From: Phaeosaccion multiseriatum
Lineage: Eukaryota; Protista; Ochrophyta, other classes
DNA: 64,000 nt
Reading direction: 5' to 3'
Assembly: GCA_965112735.1 (NCBI GenBank)
Contig: OZ218951.1
Coordinates: 1,984,001-2,048,000, forward strand
Below, in pieces: positions 60,539 to 64,000 of this stretch. Under the pieces are notes generated by a model, which saw only the letters and a list, made by a program, of their open reading frames with translations, made no database searches and had not been told where the DNA came from. How positions within the stretch are numbered: position 1 is the first letter of the stretch; every line of letters begins with the position of its first letter. Position numbers and translations under genes: made by a program.

Positions 60539-62741
60539 ACGAAAGAAAGAAAGAAAGAGTGAGGGAGGAGGGGACCTCCCGCTCGCGTGCTGCCTGACCA
60601 TGGCACGTTCAATCTCCATCTCATCCCACCCTTTTTATCTTCAATCTCATGTCGGATCTTACACCCTTACACCTTCTCTCATCTTATTTATCTTCTCTCT
60701 CCTCCTCCTCCTCCAGGGCCAAGTGGGCAAGGAGGTGTCCGAGGTGCTGTTCAAAGACTTGTGGGAGGACACCATCCACCGCATGCGTAACGTCAAGATC
60801 GATGAGATGCTCGTCAACAAACGCCTGGAGGGTGTGCAGACCTACACGTTTCAGGCCTTCTTGATGCTCGACGAGGCGGTGGATGGACCAGCGCCGCCCA
60901 AGAGGAAGAACGGGAAGAATGGACAGCAGCAGGGGGGGGGGGACGGGGCGACGCAGGTGAGGAGGGAGAAGGAGGGGAGGAGAGCCAAAATTGACGTACT
61001 TTACTTACTTCCGGGCTGGCGGATGCCTACCCGTTCCCGTACTTGGCTGAATCGCTCTTGGCTGCCTCGCCCTATGCTGCCTCACTCTTTGCTGCCTCGC
61101 CCTATGCTGCCTCACTCTTTGCTGCCTTGCCTCGCTCTTCCCTCCCAAGTGGACTTGTTTGTGTTCTTTGCCGCTCTCATTGGTCTGTGCTTCGGTGTTG
61201 ACGTATTTGGCAAGCGTCGAGTGTACCACCGGTTCCGCTTGTGTTTAGTTTTCAGTTTTAACTCACTCTCTCTCTCTTCTGGCCCCCCCTCTAGCTTGCC
61301 GGAGAAAGCACAATAGGGAGTAGCGATGCAGCAGCAACAGGAGGAGGAGGAGGAGTAGCAGCAGCAGGAGGAGGAGGAGGAGGAGGAGGAGGAGGAGGAG
61401 GAGGAGGAGGAGGAGGAGGAGGAGGAGATGGGCAAGATATGCAGCCCCCCCCAGAGGAGAAGCGTACGGAGGAGGTGATTCTCGACAAGCTTGGGGAGGA
61501 GCTTTGGAGACAGGTGTATCTCGAGAGAGAAGACATCTCCAAGGAGTTCGTCATGGAGTAAGTCAAGGAGCGGGGGTGCTGAGGAGAGACACAGAGTGAG
61601 AGAGAGAGGGAACGGAGTGGGGCAGGGCACACACGAGGGGCGTGTTGTGTTGCCCCCTCCCACCTTATCTCGCGGGTTCAGTTCCGGGGGTGCTCTTTCC
61701 TTTTTTTTTCTTGTGGCTTTTTCATGCCGTCCCTTCCCTTCCTTGCGCCCTGCCCTTGTCTTTCCCTTGCCCTCCCGCCCCCCCCCCCCCCCAAGCCGCC
61801 CTTACCCCTCACCCTCCCTCCTCCCCTCTCCACCCTCCCTCCTCCCCTCTCCACCCTCCCTCCTCCCCCTCCCTCCTCCCTCCTCCCTCCTCCTCCCTCT
61901 CTCCTCCCCCCTCCTCCCCTGTGCCCCCCCAGGCTGGCCCGTTACGTTCGGAGGGAGATGATATCTCTGGAGCAGCTGCCAGCAGAGGACGTGCTTGCAG
62001 GGCTCATTGAGTTCGGAGAGCCGCCCACGTGGGAAGGTGCGTCAGTCAGTCAGTCCCAAGTACCTTCTCTTCGCCTCACTTAACTTCATTCACGTTAGTC
62101 ACTCAACTCGTCAGTTGGCGCAGTCAGTCACTCTCCTATATGAGTGGCGCAGGGGCAGGGAGGACAGAACAGCTCTTCCTTCTCAATGGGGAATATTCCG
62201 GGCGGAACATTCCGGAAGGTTCCTTTCCATTGCAATCTTTCTGTGGTCTGCTGGACACACCATCCGCAGGCAATTTGTTCTCTCATTTGCTTCGCGCAGG
62301 CCTCAAGTCTCCTTTCTTCCCTCTTGTCCTGCCTTACATCCTTACCCCAACCTCCTTCTTCCCTCTTGTCATACCTTGGCTCCTGTGTGTGTGTGTGTGT
62401 GCGTTTGTTCGTTTGTGGGTGCGTGCGTTTGCTCTTTTTTGGTGGGGTTTGGTTTGTCGGTGGACGACTACACAGGCCTGGAAACCCCACCCCCTGCGGT
62501 GGACCCAAACATGCCCGAGGAGGCATGGGCAGACGAGGACTTGCCAGATGGCGGCGATTGGCGAACCAACATGACCATCGAGGGAGAGCTATACTACTGG
62601 AATACGAGAACGGGGCAGGCCAGCTGGGTCAAGCCAAGGGAGGAGGGGGAGGGGGGCGGTTTTGTCGGCGTGCCACCACAGCCACAGGATGCGGATGCCG
62701 TATCACCAACTGCGCCTGCCGCTGGTGGGGGGGCTTCATGA
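59311..62741 (+). CDS. CBP3: ubiquinol-cytochrome c reductase assembly chaperone (Cbp3/UQCC1 family) with C-terminal WW domain, 6 exons
   Basis: Exons 59311-59958, 60323-60433, 60717-60956, 61295-61557, 61933-62036, 62476-62741; mitochondrial-type presequence; NFRARHVWLAVHVWMLHRRL, LFKDLWED, LWRQVY, LARYVRRE motifs; WW consensus W..GELYYWNTRTGQASWVKP. Confidence 0.8.
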
Positions 62742-63360
62742 CAGACTCACTTGTGATGGATCTGTCAGGGAGGCAGGAGGAGGAGGAGGAGGTGCTTCCG
62801 AAGTTTTGGAAGTGTGCTACTTACGTACGGATACGTCTGAACGATTCCCACACGTGTGGGGCAGAGTGCGTGGGTGCGCGTGTCAAAATTCCGCAGTAAT
62901 GTTACGATGATACATGGAATTTTGTAGAAAATCTCTTCCTGTATCTATTCCCTGCCTCTTGCTGCTTGCCTGCAAGCCTTTTGCCTGCCACCCAAAGAGG
63001 GCAAGCGCCGCATCAGGCCTCTAACAATCCAGATAAATGTAGGCCTCAAACCCGAAAAAACAAAAGCAAAACGAGGCAGCAGCAGCAGCAGCAGCAGCAC
63101 CACCATCATCACCACCGCAGCGAACACTACAATGCTCCCCCTCCGCGTCCTCGTCCTCCTCGTCCTCCTCGTCCTGCTCCTCCTCCTCCTCCCCCCCTCC
63201 CTGTTGCTGCATGGTGGTGTGCGCTTCATCTTCTCGCCTCCCGCGAGAGTCCCCGTTCCCTCCTCCTCCCCCTCCTCCACTTGCCGCAGTCATCCCCTGC
63301 CTGTTCAAACCCTCCTATGAAGGACGCCTGGCAAGGCCTGGTACAATCAAATGCCCATGC

Positions 63361-64000
63361 CTATGCGCCATGTCGATGCGTGCCCGTATACCTGCCTATG
63401 CGTGGCCAGAGCATTACCATCGCCACCACGATCAAAGCGAGCGAGGAGAGCACCGAAAATGCACTTTCTCGACCCGTCAACGGAAAGGCCTCTCCTGGGG
63501 CCCCGTGGCCTTCGCGCTGTTTGAATGCTTCTTCCTACGAGCAGTCAATCCGCCCTCTTGTCCTGAGCAGTCAATCCGCCCTCTGTCCTCCTGTCCTCCT
63601 GTCCTCCTTGTACTCTTGCCCACTGCTGCTGTTCTCTCATGTCCTGTCTCAGCTCTGCTCCACTCCACTCGGCTCTGGTCTCCCCTCCCCTCGCCCTACC
63701 CTGGCCTTAGTTGGGCACCCCCGACCCAAGCGCCGCTGCCCCCATTCTCCAGAACTCCACATGGTCTCTCACATCCTTGACGTCCTTGGTGGCCTCGAGG
63801 AAGTCTCCAATGACCTCCAGCTCGGTGTCGTCCATCTCGTCGATCCAGCTCATGCAGTCGATCGCGTTCTCGGGCTGGGGGGGGGGGGGTGGGAATGAGA
63901 GAGTGAGAGAGTGAGAGAGTGAGACAGTGAGAGAGTGAGATAGGGAGCGCCGAAGCTCAACTTACCCCTCCCTCCCTCCTTCACGGACCCGCAAGCTGAA
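63361..64000 (-). CDS. 3' part of an unidentified spliced gene running off the window
   Basis: Putative exons FSLRVREGGREG | PENAIDCMSWIDEMDDTELEVIGDFLEATKDVKD | EEAFKQ..SLALIVVAMVMLW (possible TM) with GT-AG borders. Confidence 0.4.

Overview
GC-rich, intron-containing, microsatellite-dense eukaryotic DNA, probably from an alga or protist (stramenopile-like by inference only). Most ORF-track entries are SSR or antisense artefacts, so genes were rebuilt by hand from phase-compatible GT-AG junctions. (1) 1.7-16.8 kb: a divergent gene pair. One is a lid-less M20 metallo-amidohydrolase. The other is a single 9-exon gene encoding a ~3,288-aa polyprotein that fuses asparagine-synthetase-like amidotransferase, arylamine N-acetyltransferase, GT2, a second GT-A-like domain, a kinase-like domain and a SLOG/TIGR00725 domain. 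It looks like a whole biosynthetic operon collapsed into one non-PKS/non-NRPS enzyme. (2) 18-43 kb: a segmentally duplicated region. It holds small secreted multi-peptide precursors, invisible in the ORF track, built from phase-2 micro-exons ending at RKL motifs (two Trp/Gly-rich copies and one acidic copy with a silacidin-like layout). It also holds four intact ankyrin genes with 12/14/12/16 repeats and hypervariable surface positions, ankyrin pseudogenes and two MITEs with TCGGC termini. (3) Other genes: mitoribosomal mL54, a hypothetical protein, a double-CHORD protein, a large ankyrin+disordered protein, UQCC1/Cbp3 with a WW domain, and a partial gene at the right edge. No rRNA, tRNA or CRISPR array was seen. 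All domain calls are motif recognition by eye, not database searches.
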